From: Podarcis cretensis
Lineage: Eukaryota
Length of the DNA: 64,000 bases
Assembly (NCBI GenBank): GCA_951804945.1
Contig: OX638161.1
Coordinates: 27,900,001 to 27,964,000 of the forward strand
Reading direction: 5' to 3'
Under the pieces are notes generated by a model. That model ran no database searches, had not been told where the DNA came from, and saw nothing but the letters and a program-made list of their open reading frames with translations. The first letter of the stretch is position 1, and every line of letters starts with the position of its first letter. Of the stretch, positions 12,871 through 24,343 are shown one piece after another. The position numbers and the translations under genes are program-made.

Positions 12871-14150
12871 CCTGGGCTTTTGGATCTTCATTTCCTTATC
12901 TTTTATTTAGTGGGACAGATCCATTTCACACATACGTATTACTTGTGGTTTTGAACCCTATATTGGGCAGAGAGATTCCTGCATTGCAGGGGGCTGGACT
13001 AGATGACCCTCGTGACCCCTTCTACAATTCTATGAAAACCGTCCCCCCTTGCCAACACCATAAATGCACAATGCAAATATTATTCTGGAGCCCGCTCCAC
13101 ATTTTTGCACCCTCCTTCACACCTGTGGCTGGGATCTCAGGCAGCCCCAACCAGCGGCTGGCACCCACCCAGAGCACAGCACACCCCTAGCTCCATAGCT
13201 ATGGAGCCCTGGGATTCGACATATAGGTTATTTGGCTCATGCATCAAAGGAGAACGCAGGTTCAAAAGCCGCTCCGCCTCTACCCTAATAAGCCTTCGTG
13301 GAAATGCTTCTCCTGATTTACTTACCAGATTAAATGCAAAACACCAAACTACTTCTCAGAAAAGCAGATTTATATTAACAGTAAAAAAAAAAAAAAGGAC
13401 TCGAAGGAACATGCAACTGCAGCGATAAACTTCTGATACCTCAACCATACTTGAAATTCAGGAAAGATGCCTTTCACTTAGGTTGCTTCTGATTTGTTGC
13501 CCTACACTTTCCAGCGCAATTTCCCCTTTTTTTCCTTATCCCCAAACGTCCGGTCTCTTGGAGGAACAGGTTTCTTGAAAGACCGCCCCAATCAGCTTTA
13601 ACTGCACAAACAATGTTTGCTGGGATGTGGCAGAATCCCACCCAAGGAGAGTGACAGTCTGGGATCACCTTTACATTCATTTAAAAAATGAACTTCACTT
13701 TAGGACCATGTAAGAGTTACGAATTCTCCACTCGCCCCATTTCTGTGCGGGTCACTCTTTTGAAGGGTGCTTCTTGACTGGAAGGAGGCAAGCCCAGTAC
13801 ACAGACCAGAGATAGAAATTAGCCAGGCGCGTTTTGTGCCTGGCGCAGGTCCAATTGCGACCATGTGGAGATCTCTGGATGCCAGGTTGGCAACTGAAAT
13901 CTCCATCTGGCTGGGCCTTCCAGCTCTCTTAAGCAAGTAAGCAGAAGAGCTTATTCAGTGCATTTATATCCCACCTTTTTCTCCAAGGAGTACATGGTTC
14001 ATTCCCCGCCTCAGTTAATCCCTACAACGACCCTGTGAGGTAGGTTAAGAAGCTAAGAGGCAGTGAGTAGCCCAAGCTTACCCAGTGAGCTTCATGACTG
14101 AGTGGCGATTTGAACCCTGATCTCTCAGGTCTGAGTCCAACACACTAACC

Positions 14151-14430
14151 CAGGGGTCAGCAAACTTTTTCAGCTGGGGGCCGGTCCACTGTCCCTCAGA
14201 CCTTGTGGGGGGGGGCAGACTATATTGGGGTGGGGGAACGAACGAATTCCTATGCCCCACAAATAACCCAGAGATGCATTTGAAATAAAACCACACATTC
14301 TACTCATGTAAAAACACCAGGCAGGCCCCACAAATAACCCAGAGATGCATTTGAAATAAAAGGACACATTCTACTCATGTAAAAACATGGGGCCAGATCT
14401 GGCCCCCAGGCCTTACTTTGCCTACCCATG
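14151..14430. mobile_element. Non-autonomous hAT element inserted in a CORE-type SINE
   Basis: CAGGGGTCAGCAAAC ... TTTGCCTACCCATG; 8-bp TSD cactaacc/ctctaacc; internal ~65-bp tandem duplication (about 14254-14387). Confidence 0.8.
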
Positions 14431-14498
14431 CTCTAACCACTACACTGCACTGGCTTCCTAGAGTACTTCTGCTATGGGGCAGCTCTATAAATTATGTA

Positions 14499-14661
14499 CC
14501 GTATTTATGCAAATCTAATGCGCCATTGAATCTAATGCGCACCTCAATGTTCAAAACCTTGAAACCAAAAAAGTATTTGGTGGCGAGTGTAAATGCGGCA
14601 TCAAATCTAATGCAACGTAATTTGGCCCAAAAAGGTGCACATTGCATTCAAATAAATATGG
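14499..14661. mobile_element. Tc2-like MITE
   Basis: TA|CCGTATTTAT ... ATAAATATGG|TA. Confidence 0.65.
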
Positions 14662-15480
14662 TAGTTAGATTAATATGGGGAAAGCAAAATGTCACTTAGA
14701 GAAGGATCTGAAATACTGTATTGCCCTTGAAGCTTGAATTTGTTTTATTCTGGATTGTTTTATTTAATGTTTTAAACAAGTTGTAAACCACTTTGAGACT
14801 TTTTCTTTAAAATATAAAGCGACATAGAAATGAAAATAACAACAAATACAACAGCAGCAGCAATAAATTCCTTTGCGGGGGGGGGGGGGGGAGAAGGAGC
14901 CTAGACATTTCGCTGTGGCAACTATAACCTAGGTTTAAGGTGCCATTGGCAATTAGCTTATATATCTGAGTTTCTAACACTGACTCACGCAGAGATGCAA
15001 TGGGTAGCTTCCCGGTAAGCAATATAATTCTTCTGCGTTTCCACAGTCAAAGAAGTTGAATGACCCAACCATACACCATAGAGCTATAGGGCAGAATTAC
15101 TCACCCCTAATGGAGGCTGATTGAAAGGAGGCAAGAACAGAGGAGCAAAATGCCCAGAGGAGACAGGAAGCAGACTCCTTGACAGGTAGCGGTTTTTGGT
15201 TCAGCAGCCTTTAATTTATGGCTTCCTAGTGATGTGCTAGAAGCTACCTGATCAGTGTGCCCTGCAGTGCTTGGAAATTAACATGGAATGCAGCATGCCA
15301 CCCAAAGATGCAAACAATAGGCAAGCCTGAGATTTATCATCAAATCTGCCTTGCTTGATCCAGTGTATCAGGCTGCCACTCCTTAAAAATATGAGAATGC
15401 ATTCAGTCCACCAAGATGGAGGACGAAGACATAGTCTAATGCTAGTCATGGGTCTGAGCAGACCCACTGAGATGAATCTA

Positions 15481-15879
15481 CCGTACTTTTCCGTGTATAA
15501 GACTATGTTTTTTTCTTTAAAAATCATGCTAAAAAGTGGGTGTTGTCTTATACATGGGTACTGCATAGGATGGACGTTTGATTAGTTGCTGCTGTGTCTG
15601 TCAGCGGCTATTATGCGTGTTGATTGGCTGACGCTCTGGCAGTTGGGCGTGTGATTTGCAGCTTCTTCCGGCGATGGGACAGAAAAGAGGGATTTTGTGA
15701 CGAGTGCAGGTGAGCGAATACTGGCAATCCCCCCCCAAAAAAAAAGCTCAACAACTCTGCACAATGCTCTGCAAAAAAAGCTCAACTCTGAGCCATCTCC
15801 CCCCATTTTCTTAAAACTGAGTCCCCAAAAATAGGGGTAGTATTATAAACGGCGGCGTCTTATAGACGGAAAAGTACGG
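15481..15879. mobile_element. Tc2-like MITE
   Basis: TA|CCGTACTTTTCCGTGTATAAGAC ... GTCTTATAGACGGAAAAGTACGG|TA. Confidence 0.85.
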
Positions 15880-15888
15880 TAACTAAAG

Positions 15889-16110
15889 AGCCAGTGTGAC
15901 ATGGTGGCTAGAGTGTCGCTTTAGGACCAGAAAAACAAGGATTCGAATCCCCACTCAGCCATGAAGCTGACTTGGGCCAGTCACCGCCTCTCAACCTAAC
16001 CAACCTCACAGGGTTGTTGCAGGGTTTAAAAGAGGAATGAGAGTATCATGTATGCCATCTTGGGCAGCTTGTAGGAAAAGGTGGCATACAAATCAACCAA
16101 ATAAATAAAT
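15889..16110 (+). mobile_element. tRNA/CORE-type (Squam3/MIR-like) SINE
   Basis: A box TGGCTAGAGTG, B box GGATTCGAATCC, CORE-like CCTCACAGGGTTGTTG, (AAAT)n tail. Other copies at about 13960-14455 (-), 19790-19920, 42975-43115 (-), 62775-62970. Confidence 0.7.
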
Positions 16111-16410
16111 ACCGTAAATAAAACAAGCGACCCAAGTCGGTCATTGTCCACTAATTTCAATGGGTCTACTCTGACTATCATTGGTTACAACCCAGAGTAA
16201 GAGATGAAAAATGGCGGCCGGGGTGAGGGAAAGTTGTTCCTCCAATTCAAGCTTTTTCTTTTCTTTTTTTAAAGGGAAGGCTGATCCTGAATTCAACATT
16301 CAGACACTCAGTTCCACATTTGCCGCTTGCATGGTATGGATTCAGAAATGAAAGATTCAGATACTGGACACCACCAAAAATCACTTTGAGCTGCGCACTC
16401 TCTATTGCTT

Positions 16411-16882
16411 CTTCAAGGCCTAGGACCCTCATATCTACGGGACCACCTCTCCTGGTATGCCCCATGGAGAGCCTCAAGGTCCATAAATAGCAACACCCTA
16501 GTGGTCCCAGGCCCTAAGGAAGTTAGATTAGCTTCAACCAGAGCCAGGGCCTTTTCAACACTGGCTCCAGCCTGGTGGAACGCTCTGCCTCATGAGATCA
16601 GGGTCCTGCAGGATCTGATTTCTTTCCGCAGGGCCTGTAAGACAGAGTTGTTCCGCCTGGCCTTTGGCTTGGAGCCAAATTGATTCCCTCCCCCTCTTTC
16701 TTTTTTCTTTTTCCTTTCTCCTCCTGTGAGGCTGCATTTTAATATTTTATGTTTCAGTATTTTAATGTTGCATTTTAATCTTGTTTTTAAGTTGTATTCA
16801 TTCAATTTGTTTTTATTATTGCTTGTTAGCCGCCCTGAGCCCGGCCTTGGCTGGGGAGGGTGGGGTATAAATTATTATTATT

Positions 16883-16885
<3 letters not shown>
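16411..16885 (+). mobile_element. L2-clade LINE 3' end
   Basis: Peptide GLGPSYLRDHL..RAFSTLAPAWWNALP..FRRACKTELFRLAF is typical of the L2/CR1-group ORF2 C-terminus; 3' UTR and (TTA)n tail. Sister 3' end at about 57210-57585. Confidence 0.8.
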
Positions 16886-16933
<48 letters not shown>

Positions 16934-16937
16934 ATTA
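16873..16937. repeat. Compound (TAT)n(TGT)n microsatellite, ~165 bp into THRA intron 2
   Basis: Direct. Other microsatellites: (TTA)n 4075-4108, (GT)n 9547-9583, (AAT)n 10089-10114, (ATT)n 18941-18973 and 27150-27186, (AG)n 40559-40600, 40950-40994 and 49586-49622, (AC)(AG) 50615-50674, (AC)n 52399-52428, (TC)(AC) 56077-56133. Confidence 0.95.
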
Positions 16938-17100
16938 CGAACTCGCTGTTACTGTGTTGATGGAAATGGAGAGAATGAAGGGTTTTTTTAATGGCGTCCT
17001 CTGAAACAAGCAGCTGCGGTTGGGGTATACGCAAGCAGAACTCCCCAAAATCTGCAGTGTGCGGTGCGCTAGGATCCCTACTGGGTGGGTGTGCCCTTAC

Positions 17101-17153
17101 CGGGTGTCCTCTGGCTCCGACAGGCACTCCACCGTGCTGGGCTTCTGTTCCAT
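17101..17153 (-). CDS. THRA: Thyroid hormone receptor alpha, first coding exon (53 nt, phase-2 end; partial gene)
   Basis: Minus strand reads ATG GAA CAG AAG CCC AGC ACG GTG GAG TGC CTG TCG GAG CCA GAG GAC ACC CG|gtaag = MEQKPSTVECLSEPEDT(R). This matches the recalled N-termini of chicken (MEQKPSTLDPLSEPEDTRW) and human (MEQKPSKVECGSDPEEN) TRalpha. Consensus donor GTAAG at 17100-17096. Too short to appear in the ORF track. Confidence 0.95.
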
Positions 17154-17168
17154 TCACCGCAATTCCAT
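17154..17168 (-). promoter_or_regulatory. uORF MELR* abutting and in frame with the THRA start codon
   Basis: ATG GAA TTG CGG TGA ATG read directly on the minus strand. Confidence 0.85.
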
Positions 17169-17284
17169 CCAGAACCAATAAGGAGAGACCAAGGTGGGCT
17201 CCGCCCCCAGAGGCGACGCTCCGCGGTCGCCACGACAGATGCGGGTTTGGGATTTGGGATTTGGGAGGGGGCCGTGAACCGGAG

Positions 17285-17337
17285 TTAGGAGGCAGGCCCC
17301 ATCTGCGCCTCCTTCAGTGTCGGTGAGCAGCAAGCAT
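17285..17337 (-). promoter_or_regulatory. Two further uORFs: MLAAHRH* (17337-17314) and MGPAS* (17302-17285)
   Basis: Read directly. Their status as uORFs depends on the 17365 acceptor being used. Confidence 0.6.
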
Positions 17338-17660
17338 TCTGGGGCGAAACGTGGCGGTGAAAGGCTGAGGAGACAAAAAACAACAACAACACATGGGAGA
17401 AACTGTTTGCTTTTTTAAAAAATTCACTTTTTTAATGTGCAGGCTCTTCCTATCTCTTTCGACTTCGGAACACAATGCAGTAATAACAATAATAAAAAGA
17501 TCCCGACCACGATCCTACTTTAGTGTATGGGTTATGCAAATTCTAACCCACCACCCATCCAAAGTTCCTGATTATTTCGCTCCAAGCCATGCAGGATTAA
17601 TTGGGGGTTGTTGTTTTTTCTGCACCTCCACTGCAGAATAATCTGGTAAAGACTCAAGTA

Positions 17661-17905
17661 CAGTGGTACCTCAAGTACAGTGATACACTTCAGGTTACAT
17701 GCGCTTCAGGTTACACACTCCGCTAACCCAGAAATAGTGGTTCAGGTTAAGAACTTTACCTCAGGATGAGAACAGAAATCGTGCTCCGGCGGCGTGGCGG
17801 CAGCAGGAGGCCCCATTAGCTAAAGTGGTGCTTCAGGTTAAGAACAGTTTCAGGTTAAGAACGGACCTCCGGAACAAATTAAGTTCTAAACCCGAGGTAC
17901 CACTG
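17661..17905. mobile_element. Tigger-like MITE family A
   Basis: TIR CAGTGGTACCTC ... GAGGTACCACTG, TA TSD. Confidence 0.9.
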
Positions 17906-18940
17906 TACTGGGAAGGACAAATGGAAGAAGGAAAAGGTTTGAGCACTACTACATTATACCACTACTACATTATACCATTATACTACAAGTATACCATTAT
18001 ACTTTATACCAGTGGTATAAAGTAGCAGCCATGGGGAAGAAACAGGCACCAAAGCTTTTCAGACACTACCTTTGAGCATATGCAGAGTGCCTTTTTCCTC
18101 ATTAACATTTGACCACTAATGGATTCTCCCCCCCCCCCCAATAAAAAGTAATAATAGAGATCAGCTGTCCTCCATGTCACCTCTGCATCATTGGAACTGG
18201 AGCTGGGTGCTGCCCCACAAGTTTTCCATGAGGGCTAGAAATACAATCCTTTTTGAAGACTGAAGACAGAGAATTGCTGGTTGTGGTACTTGAGTCTGTG
18301 CATCACATTTCTTGTATGCTACTCTTTAGAGTTAATTGTAGAGTAGCTGCTGGGGGTGTCAGAAAATTGCAACAAAAATGGAGAAGAAAGCGGACCTTTC
18401 GTGTGTTTGCCTATGGTCAGGAATGGAAATCAGTCAAGCGAGTGCTATCACAATTTGTTCACATTGTTGTTTGTTTTTAAGTCTGCAAATGATACGTAAT
18501 CAATGGCACTTTTTAAACATTGTTTTGATGTGTCCTTTACACTGAAATAAATATAAGTTGTAGAAGTTATGTAAATAGTTGTGTCGGTTATATAAGTTAC
18601 ATTAAATAGCAGACAGCGAGACAAATAACATAGCTCTTGGCAGAAACTGAAGTGCAGCAGAATGGAAAACAGCGCTGGTTGTTACCAATTGCTGCCTTCT
18701 TACATCCCTTGTGGCTGATAAAGAGTGCAAGCTATGAACCAGGAAGTATCCGATTCAAATTTTGCCTCTGCTATGAACTCAGATGTTGTCACAAAGCAAG
18801 CCACTATTTCTCACCATCAGACAATGTTCTGCAGTTTAGGAACAACCACAACAGCAGCAGCAACCCACCTTAAAGTGTTGCTGTAAGTGTTACTGAGATA
18901 ACGTACACAGATGCCCTAAAGCACAATATAAATGCTATGG

Positions 18941-18974
<34 letters not shown>

Positions 18975-20671
18975 GACGAAGTTAGAGAAGGAAACAGAGG
19001 GAGAAAGCGGGGAATTTTCCCCACTGGAACACTTGTCAGATTTCTTTTGCTAAAAGACAGGATGCAACGGATCGTCCTCGTATGTTGCCCTACGAATATT
19101 CACCAAGCTGAAATGGCGAGTTGCTTCCTTAGCCCTAGCATGCAGCTTGGCTCACTTGCTTGAGCCCAGAGCTGCTTCCCCACTGACTAACTTTCTGAAG
19201 TATACCTGCTCTCCATTTGTGACATATACCGTAAACCCAGAGGGAGTTGTACATGGCAAACCAGGGCAGCCTTTTACCATGGAGGCTGGTGGCTTAACAG
19301 GAAGATTTCTCTAATTCTTGTAACGTTATTATTGGTGGAGGAGGAAATCACACCAGCTTATTCTTCTCTGATGCTGAGAAGCAAAGATCTGCTCAAGGCT
19401 GCCATGGCAAGGACTCTAGGACCGAGCCGGAATCTGAATACAGGCCTTCCAGCTCAGCCATGTGAACTGATTGGAACGTCAATCTGGGACTGCGCCCACA
19501 GTTCTTGCGAAGCTCATGATGGACATAGCAGATGTCCCTTGTTTTCTGTCCTCAGCGTCTGGTATTCAGAGGTAACCTGCCTTGAAGCACAGAGGGTCAA
19601 ATGAACAACCACCAGTGCGATGTAGCGATGACGGCAAGGATGGAGAACCTGCAGCCTTCAATATGCTGACGGTCTCCAACTCCCACCAGGCCCAGCCAGA
19701 ATGGTCAATGGGTGAGGAAAGATGGGAGCTGTAGTCCAGGAACATCTGGAGTGCCATGAGTTCCCTGTTCCTGGGCTAGACAGCATGAGGTTGGCCTGGG
19801 GAGATCCAGGTTCAGATCTCCACATAGCCACGAAGCTTTCTGAGTGACGTTGTTGGGCCAGCCACGGTTTCTCAGCATACTCTACCTCACAGGGTTGTTG
19901 TGAAGATAAAACAGAAGAACAGTGTATGACACGTTGAAGGAAGGTGGGAGAGAAAAGGGAGGGGGAAACGTACAGTAAGAGTCACTGCCTCATCTAGCAA
20001 CCAATTCCAGAAGCAGCCCGTCTGCTTGCATGCTACAGGGGAGGAAAATATTTAGGCCTACATCTACCAACAGCAGCAGAACCTCCAACACCAGGTTGTG
20101 CTGCAGCTCCTGTTCTGCATTTATAGATTGGCAGTTCAAAAACACACCCACGCCCTCTAAGGCTAGAGGGAACTGGGCTGGGAGGACTGGGGTGGGGGGT
20201 GGGAAGGAGAGCTGCCAAACTGGTTTCAAGTGACCCCAACCGGTTTGCATCTCCAGACATTTTCTCCTTTTCTTTTCTCCCCTTTTCAAAAAAGCGCAGG
20301 GTGACGAACACCACCACTCGGTATACATTTAAACAAAAGTCAGGCAAACATGGACATTTTCTCTGCCTTCCCCACCCACTCTGGGAAGGTGCCTCAATTC
20401 AAGGGAGCGGCAGTGGGGAGCGGATGGGGGGGGTGTCTGGTGCTCCAACCAGAACAACCTCACCCTTCTTGGAGCTAATCTTCTTGGCTCAAAACCTGGC
20501 AGTTCCAATGTTTGACTCCGGAGCCTGCTTTCAGCACTGGGAGTGAAATAACGCCTCTGAGCGTGTGCAGAGCGAATCTGAAGCAACATGGGGCACTTGG
20601 AACCAGCCGCCAGCCCCAGCCCTGGGGTTCCAAGGCAGCCAGGAATAGCCGTGCCCTCAAACACCTCAATA

Positions 20672-20913
20672 CAGTGGTACCTCGGGTTAAGTACTTAATT
20701 CGTTCCAGAGGTCCGTTCTTAACCAGAAACTGTTCTTAACCTGAAGCGCCACTTTAGCTAATGGGGCCTCCCGCTGCCACCGCACCGCCGGAGCACAATT
20801 TCTGTTCTCATCCTGAAGCAAAGTTCTTAACCTGAGGTACTATTTCTGTGTTAGAGGAGTCTGTAATCTGAAGCGTATGTTACCTGAAGCGTATGTAACC
20901 TGAGGTACCACTG
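20672..20913. mobile_element. Tigger-like MITE family A
   Basis: Same TIRs and body. Confidence 0.9.
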
Positions 20914-20924
20914 CATAGCAATTA

Positions 20925-21140
20925 CAGTGGAACCTCAGTTGTCGAACGCTTCGAAAGCCAAACAATTTGGAACCCGAACGCTGACAAGTGAATGCTTCCG
21001 TTTTCGAAGCTGTGAGGCGCATTTCTCCATTTTTTTCAATGGATTTTGCCAATGGGCAATTGCGCCTCAGTTGTCTTAATGTTTTCGGTCGTCGAACAGT
21101 CTTCCAAAACGGTTTACGTTCGGCAAGCAAGGTTCCACTG
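20925..21140. mobile_element. Related Tigger-like MITE, family B
   Basis: TA|CAGTGGAACCT ... AGGTTCCACTG|TA with a different internal sequence. Confidence 0.8.
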
Positions 21141-21330
21141 TAGCACGCTGACTTCCTTCCTCGAGAGGAACAGAAACGTGATAAAAGGTGGTTAGGGTGG
21201 ACACTGGAGGGATGGCAGAAAATGTGTCACAAAAGGGGAGATGGACAGAGAGGTGATCGAAGCAAGGAAGTGGCGAAAACATAAAGGGGGGGCAGAAATG
21301 CTGCCTTGGTTTTCCCAAGCCAAACTTGTG

Positions 21331-21730
21331 TTAACTTCCGCTGCCTGGAATCTCGCCTCCTTTACTCCACGCAGAGGTTAAAAAGAGGTTAAGAAGCGGT
21401 GATGCCCCTCCTCTTCCCTGCATACGGCCCACTTCTTCCTCGCACATATTTCTTTCCCCCTTCTTTCTGGCCGCCGCTGCTGCCACCACCGCCTCTAGCC
21501 AGGCCACCCCACCCCCCCGCAAACCCCCGCCAGTCTGCATGCGCAGCACTCTTTGTAAGGAAACCTGCAGCTTCTCTCTGGCAAGTTGCCAGCGCTGTAA
21601 CATCAAAGGCGGCATGGAAACAACAGCGGCCGTGAGGTCCCCGCCGGCCTCCCCAGAAGGGGGAAAGAATGGGGAAGAAGAAAGGAGAAAGGAAAGGCAG
21701 GGAGGCCCCGGCTGTGTCCTCAAGTGACCT
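21331..21730. promoter_or_regulatory. CpG-rich non-repeat segment, candidate enhancer or alternative promoter in THRA intron 1
   Basis: Locally high CpG density; ETS ACTTCCG 21334-21340, NRF1-like TGCATGCGCA 21536-21545, TCF/LEF ACATCAAAGG 21600-21609. Confidence 0.45.
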
Positions 21731-24215
21731 CCCCCCATTGGGGGATTAGACCCTCCTGCACTGGGCTGCTAAGAGCAAGGCTGGGACCCGGGGTTACCCG
21801 AGGACATGGGGCAGGATGCTCATAGATGGGGAAGCACCAGGGGGTGGGAAGCAGCCAAGTTCCAGGAGAGAGAAACTACGCTGCTGGCCTTAAACCCCCG
21901 AAGGCAGTGAATCTGCTGGGTGAGCAGGGAGCCTGCAGGGGGAATGGTACTTTGAACCCCCAGCACGGCAGAATCCTGGGGTGCAAGAAGCAGAACTGTT
22001 ATGTAATGGCCCTCAGGACTGTTTTCGCTCATTCGCAGAGCCAGAAAGTGTGCGTTGCTGTCGGCCTTTATCAACAAAAAGGTAAGTTCGCTTCCATCGT
22101 TTATTGCTCAGTAGTGAAATGCTTCACTATTCCCGCCTTAAAAAGTAATAGCAATAATAAAAATAGTAGCAATAATGAATAATCTCTAAGCCTGTCTGAT
22201 TACTAGTATTTTAAAGTTGCGGTGGCTTGCAATGAAAAGGAAAAAAAACAAAAACAAATTATTTCTGTGTAAGAGCTAGTTTTGAACGTTCTAGGGCAGC
22301 CGAACCTCAGGGCCAGAAGGAGCGTATTCTGAACCTCAGGCCTCTTCCCAGGCCAACTTCACAGCCTTCTCAAGAGTGTTTGCTTCTCTGGAATGTGTCC
22401 TTGAGAACCAATCTCTCTTGCTTGCCTGGACAGAGGAAGGAGGTGTGTGCATGTTTGAGTAGATAGAAACTTCTTATTGTTTTTTGCATGGCTGGAATGT
22501 AGCCTCCTGAAGGAGAGACCTCAGGCTTGTCAGATCTACATGGTCCGTTTTATTTACTCTAACCATGGCATCCACCAAACAGAGCTAAATAAAAAATGAT
22601 GGAATGGGGAGGGGCTTCTATACACTTAGATTTACAGGGGGCGGGGTGCCTCTCAGGTAGGGATGGATGAATCTGCCATTTTTGGTCTCCTTCAGATTCA
22701 CATTGTCCCCAATATTCAACACATTTGCACATCAATGCACAAATTTGTTTTCTAAATGCCTCTCCTGCCCGCAGAGTGTCACCATTTCAGTGCACATTCC
22801 TCGGAATACACAGAGTTTCGCATGCCGTTTCCTCTAACGTAATGCATTTCTATAAGTTATTTTTTTGCTAATATATGTGTTTTTAACACAATTTTTTGGC
22901 AGGAGAACTGCACTGAAAAAGCGAAAATTGCAAAGGAGAGCTATGCCTCTGTCCATCTATCATTCCCACAACTGCAAAGTAGAATGGAACCAAGTTTCCC
23001 CCCATCTCCCTACACTGAGCACATACATGTTCATTCCAAGAATTTATTTTAGAATTAATCTTGCAGGTCTTTCACACACACAAATCCACTTCTGATTTTG
23101 TTTTGCTTTGTTTCAGCCATTGAATTTAGAGGCGAGGGTAGGGCCTTTCTCTACTGGTGTTGCTAAACCACTGCGAGGGTTAGGTGCCTTTTCCACAATC
23201 TACTTCACATCACCCCAAGATCTACCAGTAGATCCCAATCTACCATACTGGACAAAAAGATTCCTGCACTGCAGGGGGTTGGACTAGATGACCCTTGTGG
23301 TCCTTTCCAACTCTACAATTCTATGATTCCATTCTATGAGTCTACTTTTTACTCACCCCAGACCACTGGACAAGGTATTACACCTTTTGCCCTGCCCACT
23401 GTGCCTCTGGCCGACACCCACCAGTGGAAGACCCTTAGAATGGCCAAGGAACAGAACAGGAAAGGGGCTACATAGGGGCTAAGGGGTTGGAGCCATGCAG
23501 ACTGGAACAAGCTTAACAACTGGAGTCACCAAAGGCGGGCAGCAGGTTTAATAACAACTCACCAAAGTGCTTTCAAATGTTAAAAGTATTTCACTTAACA
23601 TTTTACACACGTTCAATATGTGCACGACCACGCACACATCACCACGAACCCAGAAGTAATAGAAAAAGGGCAAAAATGGCACAAAACGGTGCCTAGCTAT
23701 CTGTCCAGGGCAGGCAGGTGCTCAGTGCACTTCTGGGTACTGGTCTACCCTCCCTTCTTGTTGTTTCCACATCACCCTCCAGTTATGAGGAAGACTGAGA
23801 GGCACTGCCAACCTTCCTGCCAGTCTGGAAAGTGCTACTTGTTTTTTTCAAGGCTTTTCAGAGGTTTAGAGGGTGCCCGCAGGCTTTTTCAATGGTGTTC
23901 CCAATATACGCAATTTATCTTAAACGTGCGGAGCCTCAGAACGCAAGCCCCACATAAAACGGTTGTTGCCTGTAATGCTTTAACCCTTCCAACAATTCAG
24001 TCAGTCAGGCTAGTGTTATATCATCTCCATGGGGGGGGGGGGGGGGTGAGATGCAGCCACACAAGCCACGAGCTTCCAGCTCAGCCTCTTAGCCACTATG
24101 CTACACCAGGTCCAGCCTACATCCCAATCTAAGAAACTTCCGCAAACGCTTCTATAGGCAAGGCTCAAAGACCTGCATTTGGGAGGGGCTGTTGCAATGT
24201 CCTTTCTTCCTAATT

Positions 24216-24343
24216 CAGGCATAGGCAAACTGCGGCCCTACAGATGTTTGGGACTACAATTCCCTGACCACTGGTCCTGTTAGCTAGGGATGATGGGAAT
24301 TATAGTCCCAAACATCTGGAGGGCCGCAGTTTGCCTATGCCTA
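24216..24343. mobile_element. hAT MITE (palindromic)
   Basis: TIR CAGGCATAGGCAAACTGCGGCCCT, perfect 8-bp TSD TCCTAATT. Confidence 0.9.

Larger units (their letters stand above)
17154..17364 (-). other. THRA: 5' UTR portion of the THRA first coding exon
   Basis: Pyrimidine tract and acceptor on minus strand (gttgttgttttttgtctcctcAG, AG at 17366-17365), followed by CpG-rich leader into the ATG. An alternative acceptor near 17340 (cgccccAG) cannot be excluded. Confidence 0.7.

Noticed and set aside
16247-16300. KKRKEK as the THRA exon 3 basic motif
   Set aside because: Derived from a T-rich tract; lacks the flanking WxDG and SQC..MSG residues and suitable splice sites.
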